A stretch of DNA of 64,000 bases, from assembly GCA_021774775.1 (NCBI GenBank), contig JAJFIT010000249.1, positions 4,099 to 68,098 of the forward strand. Reading direction: 5' to 3'. This document shows positions 21,406 to 30,853 of this stretch, piece by piece (the first letter of the stretch is position 1; every line of letters begins with the position of its first letter). Made by a program: the position numbers and the translations under genes. Below the pieces are notes generated by a model that was given only the letters and a program-made list of their open reading frames with translations, did no database searches and was not told the DNA's origin. This DNA is from Alphaproteobacteria bacterium (GTDB lineage: Bacteria > Pseudomonadota > Alphaproteobacteria > Sphingomonadales > Kordiimonadaceae).

Positions 21406-22218
21406 CTATTTCTGTTGCCAGACCTTAACCCAGTCAATTTCATACCGTGTTGGAAATGCGTTTTCGTCCACACCCTTTTGCCCGCCCCAGTCGCCGCCAA
21501 CAGCCAAGTTTAGAATGACATGAAACGATTGGTCGAACGGCCATTCCGCAGTGCCGTCTGCTTTTTCTCGCAGAATTTCAAAATATTGTTTACCGTCAAT
21601 AAACCAGCGCAAGCTTTCCCTGGTCCACTCAACAGCAAATTCGTGAAACTCTGTACTGATGGTGGGCACATAAATTTCGCCACCTTTTTGTGTGCCAAGC
21701 TTACCGTTGAAGGCTTCGGTGTGGATTGTGCCGTGCAAATAACCAGGGCGGTGGCCCACATGCTCCATGATGTCAATCTCACCGGACTTCGGCCACGGAC
21801 CAAAGCTATTGGTATCCGGCAACATCCAAAACGCTGGCCACGTGCCCACACCTTTGGGAATTTTGGCCCGCATCGCTATCTTTCCGGCCTGCCACCCTTT
21901 CATCTTTTGGGATGTGATTTTTGCCGATGTATAGCCACCATCATTGACAGCTTCGATGATCAATTTGCTGTCTTCAATGCGCAGATTTTCCGAATTTCCG
22001 GTGTAGGTTTGTAGCTCGTTATTGCCGAAACCGCACAACGTAGGGCAGCCATTTCCCTCGACTATAACCCATGATTTTGTGTCGAGCGCCTCATCAGATT
22101 TAAATTCATCGGCCCAAACCAGCGACCAGCCCTCGTCCTCGCAACTGAAGGCAGCAACATTGAAGTTCACACAAGTTCCAAGTAACAAAGCTCCAAGAAC
22201 TGTTTTACTGAAATGCAT
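21406..22218 (-). CDS. GH16 endo-beta-1,3-glucanase (laminarinase-like), secreted
   Basis: Signal peptide, W.LVWADEF, WPAFWM, catalytic GEIDIME and ILNLAVGG.W. Confidence 0.93.
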   Translation of the reverse strand: MHFSKTVLGALLLGTCVNFNVAAFSCEDEGWSLVWADEFKSDEALDTKSWVIVEGNGCPTLCGFGNNELQTYTGNSENLRIEDSKLIIEAVNDGGYTSAKITSQKMKGWQAGKIAMRAKIPKGVGTWPAFWMLPDTNSFGPWPKSGEIDIMEHVGHRPGYLHGTIHTEAFNGKLGTQKGGEIYVPTISTEFHEFAVEWTRESLRWFIDGKQYFEILREKADGTAEWPFDQSFHVILNLAVGGDWGGQKGVDENAFPTRYEIDWVKVWQQK

Positions 22219-22314
22219 TACTCATTCCCTTCATTAAAGTCAGTGTCGTTATCGCAGTTTCGTCGATAATGCGTTGGACTTATAAATATATGTCCTCACC
22301 TGCAGACACCAAAC

Positions 22315-24912
22315 CTATGGGCATTGGTGAGTCGTATCTTGCTGTTTGCTCACTTCTATATTTGCTACTGATATCACGGCGGTGCTTTCCGTACTCAGCG
22401 CAAATGGACGGGTAATCGCCTCTAAGGTATCGCCGTCCTCAGCCAAACACCGGAGCTTGAGGGCTATTGGCTGCCAGCCTTTACCCACCAACTGATTAAA
22501 CCGGGATGTGATGTCCACCGTTCGCATGCAGTTTTCACCGCAAGCCATCTGCAAATTCATTTTACCACTCATCAGCCGTTCAACATTAACGTCAAAGCGG
22601 ATAGTGCCTTCCGCTTCCAGGATGCCAGAAAAATCATAGGTTGTTTCTGGGCCGTCGGCCTCAATGAACATCGTGGCCATTTTTTGGCCGGCCCAGGTAG
22701 CCTTGAGGGCATCTTCCTGCACATTCATATCAGTGGTTGTCAAAACGGCGGCCTGACTGGGAAGTGAAGCATAGGCACCGCTCAATAGAATGGTTGATTG
22801 TTCATCGCTCACCCATATTTGCCAGGGCGCCTGGGGCCTTCCAGCGTATATTGGAAAACTGTCCACATCTGCTTTCGCGACGCCCTCGATATCTTCTGGC
22901 AATACGGCCAGGCTGACGCCCGGTGCCGCATAGGAAAGCCCATAGCCCAATTTGAACAAGGGGTCATACCCAGGGTGGTGCGGGTTTAGAACATCCTGTA
23001 GTGGCGCTTTTGGCCAGGAAAATGACAGACTGCCTTTAAAATCATAACGCGGGTTGTTTTGAGCGTCCGCGACCAACACGTCTGCAACACCGACGCCTTC
23101 ACTGCCGGGCAACCAAGCCGCGACAAACGCGTCTGAGGCATTTAATTCAGGGTTCACCCACATGGGCCTTCCGGACAAAAATACACTGACAACCGGGATA
23201 TTTTCGGCCTTCAATTTACGCAACAATTTAAGCGAGGACTTGTGGATCGGTTGAAACTCCAGTGTATCACGGTCGCCTTGAAACTCGGCGTAGGGGTCTT
23301 CTCCAAAAACCACCACTGCAACGTCAGGGCGTGTTACATATGAACCGCCGACAGACAACTCAATCTGACCGCCAATGGCGCTGACCGCGCTTTTCAAGCC
23401 GTCAACAATTGAGGTTCCACCCGGGAAGTCTGAATTGACGTTGCCTGTTCCTTGCCATGTGATAGTCCAACCACCCGACTGTTTGCCAATGTCATCTGCG
23501 CCGCCCCCGGCAACCAATATTTTTTGACCGGCTTTAAGAGGCAATAAGCGGCCTTCATTTTTCAGCAGTACCAGCGATTGACGAACCGCGCGCCGCGCTA
23601 CATCGCGGTGAGCGGCACTGCCAATTATACCCGACTTTCCTGCAATCCCCCGGTCAGACGGACGGCCCTTGTCAAAAAGGCCTGCGCGCATTTTTACTCG
23701 CAGAATCCGGCCAACGGCATCATTCAGGCGCTCCATCGTGATGTCGCCAGCCTTCACCTGCGCCACAGTATTTGTGTAAAACTCTTTCCAGTCGGTTGGC
23801 ACCATAATCATATCAACTCCGGCGTTGATCGACGCAGCACATGACGCGTTGGTACAGCCGGGCAATTGGCCGTGCCCGTTCCAGTCGCCGACAACAAAAC
23901 CATCCATTGCCATTTGACCCTTCAGGACGTCAGTTAACAGATATCGGCTGCCGTGGATTTTCTCACCGTTCCAGCTGGAAAAGCTTGCCATGGCTGTTTG
24001 CACACCCGCCTCAATTGCCGGCACATACCCAGCAGCGTGAATGTCTCGCAGTTCAGCTTCCGAAACTTTGGCATTGCCTTGGTCATCCCCGTTTTCTGTG
24101 CCGCCGTCACCGAGGAAATGTTTCGCCGTTGCAACCACGTGATTGGCGTCCAGAAATTCGTCTGTGCCTGGCACGCCTTGCAGGCCGTACACCATTTCTT
24201 TAGCGTAAGTCTTTATCAGCGCAGGGTCTTCGCTGTAGCCTTCATAGGATCGGCCCCAGCGGTCATTTTGCACAACTGCCAGTGTTGGTGCGAAGGTCCA
24301 GTCGATGCCGGTAACCCGTGTTTCGCGCGCCGTCACATTACCAATTTCACGCATCAACGCCGGATTGTGGGTGGCACCCAGTCCAATATTGTGCGGGAAA
24401 ATGGTTGCGCCAATGACATTGTTGTGGCCGTGGACGGCGTCACTGCCCCAAATGATTGGTATTGCTACTTTACCATCGGACGTATCGATGGATGCGTCAT
24501 AGTAGGCGTCAGCCAAATCAAGCCATTCCTGCGGTGTTGCGTACTTGTTGCGATTTGGCATTGACCCACCGCCATTTAACACCGAGCCCAGGTGAAATTT
24601 TTTTACGTCTTCCGGCGTTGTTACCTTGATCTCGCCCTGGATCAATTGCCCAACTTTTTCTTCTATCGTCATACGCGCCAGAAGAGCCTGTATTTTCTCT
24701 CTCATCGCGGTATTCGGTGTAAGTGGACTTTGCGCGGCCGGCCAAGCACCCGCACCCAGGTAGCCTACCTTGGCTTGGGTCTGCTCGGTGTTACTCGCAG
24801 CATCTTGGTCCGAAGACTGCTGCTGGTCCGGGCTTTCTGCACACGCAGAGAACACCAGTATCGCACTCACTGCGACAGTTTTAAAAATGGGCCGTTTCAT
24901 CATTTTTTGCAT
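22315..24912 (-). CDS. GH3 beta-glucosidase / glucan exo-beta-glucosidase, probable lipoprotein
   Basis: Lipobox-like FSAC, DAVHGHNNV, RWGRSYEGYSED, AKHFLGDGGT, nucleophile VGDWNG, and a C-terminal accessory domain. Confidence 0.93.
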   Translation of the reverse strand: MQKMMKRPIFKTVAVSAILVFSACAESPDQQQSSDQDAASNTEQTQAKVGYLGAGAWPAAQSPLTPNTAMREKIQALLARMTIEEKVGQLIQGEIKVTTPEDVKKFHLGSVLNGGGSMPNRNKYATPQEWLDLADAYYDASIDTSDGKVAIPIIWGSDAVHGHNNVIGATIFPHNIGLGATHNPALMREIGNVTARETRVTGIDWTFAPTLAVVQNDRWGRSYEGYSEDPALIKTYAKEMVYGLQGVPGTDEFLDANHVVATAKHFLGDGGTENGDDQGNAKVSEAELRDIHAAGYVPAIEAGVQTAMASFSSWNGEKIHGSRYLLTDVLKGQMAMDGFVVGDWNGHGQLPGCTNASCAASINAGVDMIMVPTDWKEFYTNTVAQVKAGDITMERLNDAVGRILRVKMRAGLFDKGRPSDRGIAGKSGIIGSAAHRDVARRAVRQSLVLLKNEGRLLPLKAGQKILVAGGGADDIGKQSGGWTITWQGTGNVNSDFPGGTSIVDGLKSAVSAIGGQIELSVGGSYVTRPDVAVVVFGEDPYAEFQGDRDTLEFQPIHKSSLKLLRKLKAENIPVVSVFLSGRPMWVNPELNASDAFVAAWLPGSEGVGVADVLVADAQNNPRYDFKGSLSFSWPKAPLQDVLNPHHPGYDPLFKLGYGLSYAAPGVSLAVLPEDIEGVAKADVDSFPIYAGRPQAPWQIWVSDEQSTILLSGAYASLPSQAAVLTTTDMNVQEDALKATWAGQKMATMFIEADGPETTYDFSGILEAEGTIRFDVNVERLMSGKMNLQMACGENCMRTVDITSRFNQLVGKGWQPIALKLRCLAEDGDTLEAITRPFALSTESTAVISVANIEVSKQQDTTHQCP

Positions 24913-25060
24913 TCTTAAAATTCTCTCAGCTTCAACGGGTTATTTCTAAAAATTCATAGATAGATCAGACTTCTGCCGCTCAAAAAAGCAGCTGCTTCTT
25001 AACTACAGCACTCCATTACAGTCCCAGTATCCACAATTTCATTAGCTCGCACAATGTTAA

Positions 25061-25076
25061 ATGTAAGCGCTTACAT
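25061..25076. promoter_or_regulatory. LacI-family operator copy 3 (ATGTAAGCGCTTACAT)
   Basis: Perfect 16-bp palindrome about 150 bp upstream of the GH3 start. Confidence 0.8.
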
Positions 25077-25252
25077 ATTATGCACAGGCTGGATAACTAG
25101 TCCATTGCTTTTATTAAGAAAGTGTAGCCCCCAATTGGGCAAGCTTTCGGCACAATGTGAATAATTGCCTGTAAACCCCCAATAAATGTTGGAGGTGTTC
25201 TGTCTCCAGTTTCGTTTTCAATACATTCGCAATCACAACAAACAGAGCGATA

Positions 25253-27682
25253 ATGGCTGGTGTCGCACATAGGGCTGCAGTTTTTTTGGACCGACGCCGT
25301 CTTACGGTGATCGGTATTGCAACTTTACTTACAGTAGCAAGCCTCATCGCCGCCAAAAACTTGCAAGTCTCCACGAAGCTGGAGGCTCTGATGCCCGAGG
25401 GAGCGGCGAGTGTCCTAACACTCAACAATGCACTTGAAAAAGCAGGCAGCTTCGCCTCAATCCAGGTGGTGATAGAAGGGGAGGACAAGCACGCGATCAA
25501 ATCCGCGCTGTTTATCCTCGAAGCTGTCGTTCGCCCGCTTCCCTGGAGTGAAAGCGTCCAGTATTTCGAAGATATTTCAATCCTCGAACAGCACAAACTG
25601 TTACAGCTGGACGTAGGTGAGCTTGAGAAGGTCGAAATGGCGGTCGAGCAGAAAATGCTGGTGGCCACAGCGGACACATTTGAAAAAAACACCGGGATTC
25701 CCATACGCATAACACTGACCGGCGAAAGAGCATCGGTCAGTAGCGACGGCAAACCAAACGACAGCCTGCACTCAAGCCTTTCGGAAACGATTGAAACCAA
25801 GCGCTTGTTTGCCTCGCAGAATGGTCGCGCTCAAGCGCTCGTCATCTGGCCAAAGCCAGGACATGAGGGACTGTCTGAGGCAAAATTAATGATCGCTGAT
25901 GTCGCCAATATAATACAGGCGCTAGACCTGAACGCTCCGCAAGACGGGCTCCGGGTTGGCATTGCCGGGCGGATCAGCAACAAGGTAACCCAATATGATG
26001 CAGTTTTGCGCGATGTATCGGTTGGCCTGGGCTCGTCGATTGGTCTGATCATGCTACTGTTGGCGGCCCATTACCGCCGCGTGTCGGCGCTGATGCTCAT
26101 TATGCTGCCTCTGCTCTGCGGTATCGTCTGGACACTTGGGCTAACGGCGTTGGCTATTGGCGGTTTGAACCTTATTACCATTTTCCTCGCACTGATTTTA
26201 TTTGGCCTCGGCATAGATTTCGGTATCCATAATATGAGCCGCTACTCGGAAGCTCGCAGCGGGGGCCTCAGTCATATCGAGGCGTTGACACTGATTATTG
26301 GACATACCGGCAAGGCATCACTTTGTGCGGCGCTGACAACGTCGCTTGGTTTCCTGTCATTGTTGTTCACTGAGTTTCGCGCGTTCCGCGAATTCGGGTT
26401 TATTGCCGGCAGTGGTGTGCTGCTGATTCTGCTCGCGATGTATACTGTTTTCCCCGCACTTTTATCTTTGCTACAAGGTAGAATGCGCTGGCAGCCGACT
26501 AGCCGAGCCAAAGCTTCGAGAAAGACCTATTGGCTTGCGGGAAGAAACAAATCCTTCCCCACAGTGATCGCCGCTTTACTTATAGTGATAGCAGCTGGAA
26601 TGTTGGCTTTCGGCATCGAATTCGAACGCAATTTCCGCAACATTCAGGCAGACAAATCGCCGGACCAACAATGGGCCACCGCAGTTTCAAAGAGCATTTT
26701 CAGAGGTGGTCACGATAGGGCTGTGTTGGTGGTGGGTACCTTGGAAGAAGTCGAAGCGATTGAGACCTATTTTAAGAACTATGTTGCACAAGACACAGAA
26801 ACTCCCACCATTTCCAAAATCGTTAGCCTGCGAAATTTTATTCCCAATCCCACTGTGCAAGCCGAGCGCCTCGAGGTGATAAACCGTATGTGGGAAACCC
26901 TGGGTGAAGGCGGACCCTTGCCCGACGACTTGGCGGACAAAACCCAGTATCTACAGATTGATGAGTTAAAACCAGATGAGTTACCGCCTGCGATGCGGCG
27001 CGTATTTATCGGGAACGAAGATAAACCCGGTTATTTGATGTATATCTATAATTCTGTCTCCATGGATGATGCCTATTTAGCAAGACAATTTTATGAGGAC
27101 GCCGCTGCTTTCACCGTGAATGGCACCACCTACTTTCCGGCATCGGAAGCGTTCATTTTTGTCGAAATGCTGGCGCTGATGAAGTCAGATGCTGTGCGGG
27201 CTGTTGTTTTGGTTCTGGTGGTCACGACTGCGATGATTTTTGCTTTCACGCGCTCAACAATTGGTACGATACAGATTCTAACTCCCACCTTAGCCGGGCT
27301 AACAATTACTCTGGCTGTGATGGCACTCGTCGATCTCAGGCTGTCTATCATCAATATGGTTATTTTGCCGTCGCTGATCGGCATTTCGGTCGACAACGGC
27401 ATCCATATTTTTGAACGCTTTCGTAACACAGGTGAACACATTGCTGAGGTCATGGCCACAACCGGTCGCGCGGCAACGATAACAACCCTGACAACGCTTG
27501 TAGGTTTCGGTGGCCTGGTTTCCGCCTCAATGGGTGGGTTGAGGTCGATGGGGTATCTTGCGCTGATTGGATTTAGCATCTGCCTCGTAATGACATGGTT
27601 ACTGCTGCCAGCGTTGTTGCAACTGCGCCGCCCCTCAAACACGGACGGGCACATCACATCAAGGAAGGCAAAACCGGTATGA
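25253..27682 (+). CDS. MMPL/RND family lipid transporter (HpnN-like)
   Basis: Duplicated 1+5 TM architecture with 'GLGIDFGIH...RY.E' and 'GISVDNGIHI.ERF' motifs. Confidence 0.85.
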   Translation: MAGVAHRAAVFLDRRRLTVIGIATLLTVASLIAAKNLQVSTKLEALMPEGAASVLTLNNALEKAGSFASIQVVIEGEDKHAIKSALFILEAVVRPLPWSESVQYFEDISILEQHKLLQLDVGELEKVEMAVEQKMLVATADTFEKNTGIPIRITLTGERASVSSDGKPNDSLHSSLSETIETKRLFASQNGRAQALVIWPKPGHEGLSEAKLMIADVANIIQALDLNAPQDGLRVGIAGRISNKVTQYDAVLRDVSVGLGSSIGLIMLLLAAHYRRVSALMLIMLPLLCGIVWTLGLTALAIGGLNLITIFLALILFGLGIDFGIHNMSRYSEARSGGLSHIEALTLIIGHTGKASLCAALTTSLGFLSLLFTEFRAFREFGFIAGSGVLLILLAMYTVFPALLSLLQGRMRWQPTSRAKASRKTYWLAGRNKSFPTVIAALLIVIAAGMLAFGIEFERNFRNIQADKSPDQQWATAVSKSIFRGGHDRAVLVVGTLEEVEAIETYFKNYVAQDTETPTISKIVSLRNFIPNPTVQAERLEVINRMWETLGEGGPLPDDLADKTQYLQIDELKPDELPPAMRRVFIGNEDKPGYLMYIYNSVSMDDAYLARQFYEDAAAFTVNGTTYFPASEAFIFVEMLALMKSDAVRAVVLVLVVTTAMIFAFTRSTIGTIQILTPTLAGLTITLAVMALVDLRLSIINMVILPSLIGISVDNGIHIFERFRNTGEHIAEVMATTGRAATITTLTTLVGFGGLVSASMGGLRSMGYLALIGFSICLVMTWLLLPALLQLRRPSNTDGHITSRKAKPV

Positions 27683-28413
27683 TCAAAGACCTGCTGATCG
27701 TCGCGGCTGGCATGGGAACGCGCCTGAAAGCCAAAGGGGATCTGAAGCCGCTGGTTGAGCTCGCGGGCAAACCCCTGATCGAACATGCGCTGGAGGCTGC
27801 TTTTGCTGCCGGTCTGACACAGGCCACCATAGTTGTTGGATACAATGGCGCTATTTTGCGTGAATTTTTGAAAGGTTTGTCGCGGACTCGTGGTTGGCCA
27901 ATCCAGGTAATAGAGAATCCGGATTATCAGCTGGCGAACGGGCTTTCCGTTCTGAAGGCAAAGGGGCACATTGAGGGCCGATTTTGCCTCGCCATGTGTG
28001 ACCATTTTGTCGAACCATCACTATACAAAACATTGATGACCTATCCACTGGCCAAAGATGAAATTGGGCTTGCAGTAGATACCCGCCTCGACAACCGCTT
28101 TGTGGATCTGGACGACGTTACCAAGGTGCGATTGCGCGGCAACAGAATACTGTCCATTGGGAAAGAATTGAAAGTTTTCAATGGGTATGACACCGGTGTT
28201 TTTGCTGCTGGACCGGCGCTTTTCGACGCAATTGAAAATTACAGCAAACAAGCGGGCGACTTTTCCATATCCGGCGGCATGGAGTTTCTCGCTGGTCGAG
28301 GCAGGGCAATTGCCGTGGATGTTAGCGATAGCTTCTGGATCGATGTTGATTGCCCGGACATGCATGACCTGGCAACGGAGTGGTTAGCCTCTAACCGGAG
28401 CGGAGCTGCCTGA
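27679..28413 (+). CDS. Sugar/choline-phosphate nucleotidyltransferase (IPCT/LicC-like; probable inositol-1-phosphate cytidylyltransferase)
   Basis: AAGMGTRL....KPL, 'N.DY...NG.S', 'MCDH', 'D.TKV', 'DTGVF' and 'W.DVD'. The ATG overlaps the MMPL stop (ATGA). Confidence 0.8.
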   Translation: MIKDLLIVAAGMGTRLKAKGDLKPLVELAGKPLIEHALEAAFAAGLTQATIVVGYNGAILREFLKGLSRTRGWPIQVIENPDYQLANGLSVLKAKGHIEGRFCLAMCDHFVEPSLYKTLMTYPLAKDEIGLAVDTRLDNRFVDLDDVTKVRLRGNRILSIGKELKVFNGYDTGVFAAGPALFDAIENYSKQAGDFSISGGMEFLAGRGRAIAVDVSDSFWIDVDCPDMHDLATEWLASNRSGAA

Positions 28414-29851
28414 ATAACTGCTTGTCCAACGGCGTTAGCCCCAGAAACCTGACCAGCAATATATTAAGCGTAATAGCCAGAATAATTGCCGCCCCTATCC
28501 CCCATGACCCGGACACCGAACCAGATGACTTGATGGCGACTAGACACGCGCCAATGGTACCTGCCAAAACCAGTGGCCGTATATAGCCAAAACTGAGCAC
28601 ATTGATCGCAAGCTGTCGCTTGAGGTTGAACAGGCGCATCGTAGCCAGGAACACCATCGCCACCAGAAAACCGAGTGCGGCACCGGGCGCGCCCCACATT
28701 GTTGCAAAGCTGTATATCGCAGCCACTTCAACCGCAAGGGCCACCAGAACAAGTTTGGGTGGAACGGTTGGGCGTGCATAAACGAGCGGTGTTTCAGTAA
28801 GCGCAAAACTGCCATCAATTAGTTCCGCCAATAGTAGAAATGTCAAAACTGCCGCACCCACAGCAAATTCAGGCCCGAACAAGCTCAAAATCTCCGCACC
28901 AAATATCAGCAATGGCACGGTCAGGGCGAGCTGCAAGGTGAAGACCCAGCGGCATATGCTGGCAAGCTTGGTAGCGATCGCTGTCTTTTCTGCGGCATGA
29001 TGCAGTTTTGCCAGCACCGGCGACAGCATGGGTTCGAACAATTGATGAATTTTGTGGGGCACCGTCACAATCTGCTGCGCCATATAATAAACACCGGTTG
29101 CACCGTGGCCAACAACAAGTGACAGCACCAGTATATCCAGCCGCCTGAACATCATCGTGCCGACATCCGTAATCCCGACGGCCATGCTTCGACGAGGAAC
29201 AGCCACCAAGCGCTGCCAACTAGTCCCAGCGAAAAAGAGATTTTTGAGTGTAAACACATGGTTTAGACCCAAGACTATTCCGGCTGCCGCGGCCATTACA
29301 GAAACAGCGTAAGCTGACAGCAAACCAACTTCACCAGCACCGGCAAAATACAAAAGGACTGCAGCGATGAGGAAGGACCAAGGTTCCATCACACATCTGG
29401 CTATTACTTCCCAGCGGATGACCCGCCTGAAGCGGATAGCAGCGCCCGCCACTTCAGCAAAAACAATACCGGGGATAGCGCCGTACAGCAGTAGTGGCAT
29501 TTGAAGGTCAGGAAACAAGATTGGCCAAACAAGGGCCAATGAAACGGACATCAGGGCGGCAAGCCCCAAAGAGACGGCAAGAGCCGCGATCAATGTCTGG
29601 TCCGGATCACGCCCTTCTTTTTCGTCCTCGCTCATCAAATCCAGTAAGCTGCGTTTAAGGCCAAGAACTGCGACAGCCGCCAATATTTCTGTAATGGCAG
29701 CAACCTGGCCAAGTAAACCCAGTGGTACCGCACCGTATAAATGCCCGGCGGTAATCATCAGAATCAAGCGGGCAATCATACGGCCGCCAAAACCGCCTAG
29801 CGATGCAAGCGCTCCCCGCAGAATATCCTTGATATCTTCGATATTACCCAT
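28391..29851 (-). CDS. Wzx/MOP-superfamily oligosaccharide or lipid flippase
   Basis: About 12-14 TM segments, with 'RRLDIL.L......G.Y..AQ' and 'IL.LFGPEF..GA..L..L' motifs. Confidence 0.8.
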   Translation of the reverse strand: MGNIEDIKDILRGALASLGGFGGRMIARLILMITAGHLYGAVPLGLLGQVAAITEILAAVAVLGLKRSLLDLMSEDEKEGRDPDQTLIAALAVSLGLAALMSVSLALVWPILFPDLQMPLLLYGAIPGIVFAEVAGAAIRFRRVIRWEVIARCVMEPWSFLIAAVLLYFAGAGEVGLLSAYAVSVMAAAAGIVLGLNHVFTLKNLFFAGTSWQRLVAVPRRSMAVGITDVGTMMFRRLDILVLSLVVGHGATGVYYMAQQIVTVPHKIHQLFEPMLSPVLAKLHHAAEKTAIATKLASICRWVFTLQLALTVPLLIFGAEILSLFGPEFAVGAAVLTFLLLAELIDGSFALTETPLVYARPTVPPKLVLVALAVEVAAIYSFATMWGAPGAALGFLVAMVFLATMRLFNLKRQLAINVLSFGYIRPLVLAGTIGACLVAIKSSGSVSGSWGIGAAIILAITLNILLVRFLGLTPLDKQLFRQLRSG

Positions 29852-29863
29852 ACGTCAGGGAGC

Positions 29864-30760
29864 CTAACCGGACCTGATAGAATGGACCAGTTGTTTCTCG
29901 TGGCGCCATTCAGCGATCATTAAAATGATAAGCACCAGATTGAGCACAATAAGCTCAAAGGCAAAATAATATTGCGGCGCACCAGCAAGACAAAACAGAA
30001 AGATCAGAAGCGTCCGATTGTTTGCATTCAAAAGGCTCCAGCTTTTTACCATTGAAGCGGTTTGTTCAACCGAAAGAACGGCAAGTTGCGTATCGCCTTT
30101 GAATTGTCTTAGCGCGCTATCAAAACCATAATCACCGCCTGCAACAAGTTTCTGTGCTAGATCGTAACTACCTGCTAAAAAAGACTTTTTTCCATTAATC
30201 TTAAGCAAATTGTCAGAAGATTCTGCGCGGTCCACGCCCTTCATACGGCGCTGGTATTTTTGCCGCCGCTCCTCATAGCCCGCAGCCTGAACCGCGTGAG
30301 ATAACCCGGCTCCAATAACAAGCCACCAAATATTGAGGCCAAAGCCATCGCCGATAAGGTTTAGTGCCAGGGCAATATAAACGGCGGCATATACCAAATG
30401 GTCACAGATGCCGTCGATCACTCGGCCAAAGGCGCTGGAGGTGCCGGTGGCACGCGCGAGTCGTCCGTCAGCCCCGTCGAGAATGTGCCAGCACACCATC
30501 AACAGGAAGCCTATTATCACAAATATGATGTTTGGAACTTGTGTGTAGGCAGCTGCAGCCAGCAGTCCACACGCGAGACCTGCAAACGATACGACATTCG
30601 CGCTCACGCCCAGCTTGATGCCAAGCCGGACCACCTTGTCAGACAACGGGTGGATGACGGTGCGGTTAGTCAGCTCTTCGATCTCTATCGGCCGCCCATA
30701 GTCAATAGATGGCGCCGGCCCGCCCATTGGTTCATTGATCGCTTGGTCCATGCCGTCCAC
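29864..30760 (-). CDS. CDP-alcohol phosphotransferase (DIPPS/BEPIP-synthase-like)
   Basis: Signature DGADGRLARATGTSS.FGR.IDG.CD and 'ANVVS' N-terminal motif. Confidence 0.9.
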   Translation of the reverse strand: MDGMDQAINEPMGGPAPSIDYGRPIEIEELTNRTVIHPLSDKVVRLGIKLGVSANVVSFAGLACGLLAAAAYTQVPNIIFVIIGFLLMVCWHILDGADGRLARATGTSSAFGRVIDGICDHLVYAAVYIALALNLIGDGFGLNIWWLVIGAGLSHAVQAAGYEERRQKYQRRMKGVDRAESSDNLLKINGKKSFLAGSYDLAQKLVAGGDYGFDSALRQFKGDTQLAVLSVEQTASMVKSWSLLNANNRTLLIFLFCLAGAPQYYFAFELIVLNLVLIILMIAEWRHEKQLVHSIRSG

Positions 30761-30853
30761 CTGCTATTTCGGGAAACCCCGCAGCCTTGCAATATAAGTA
30801 TTGTTAGCGGCTGCGAGGTTCTTGGGGGATAGAGAATTCTGTTTGAGCCAAGT

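Noticed and set aside
25114-28005. Long antisense ORFs (25114-25800, 27130-28005) and similar shadow ORFs across the window
   Set aside because: They overlap well-supported genes on the opposite strand and carry no recognisable motifs.
28391-28413. 23-bp convergent overlap between the NTP transferase and flippase genes as a frameshift or pseudogene sign
   Set aside because: Both proteins appear full length with their terminal motifs intact, and short 3' overlaps are common.
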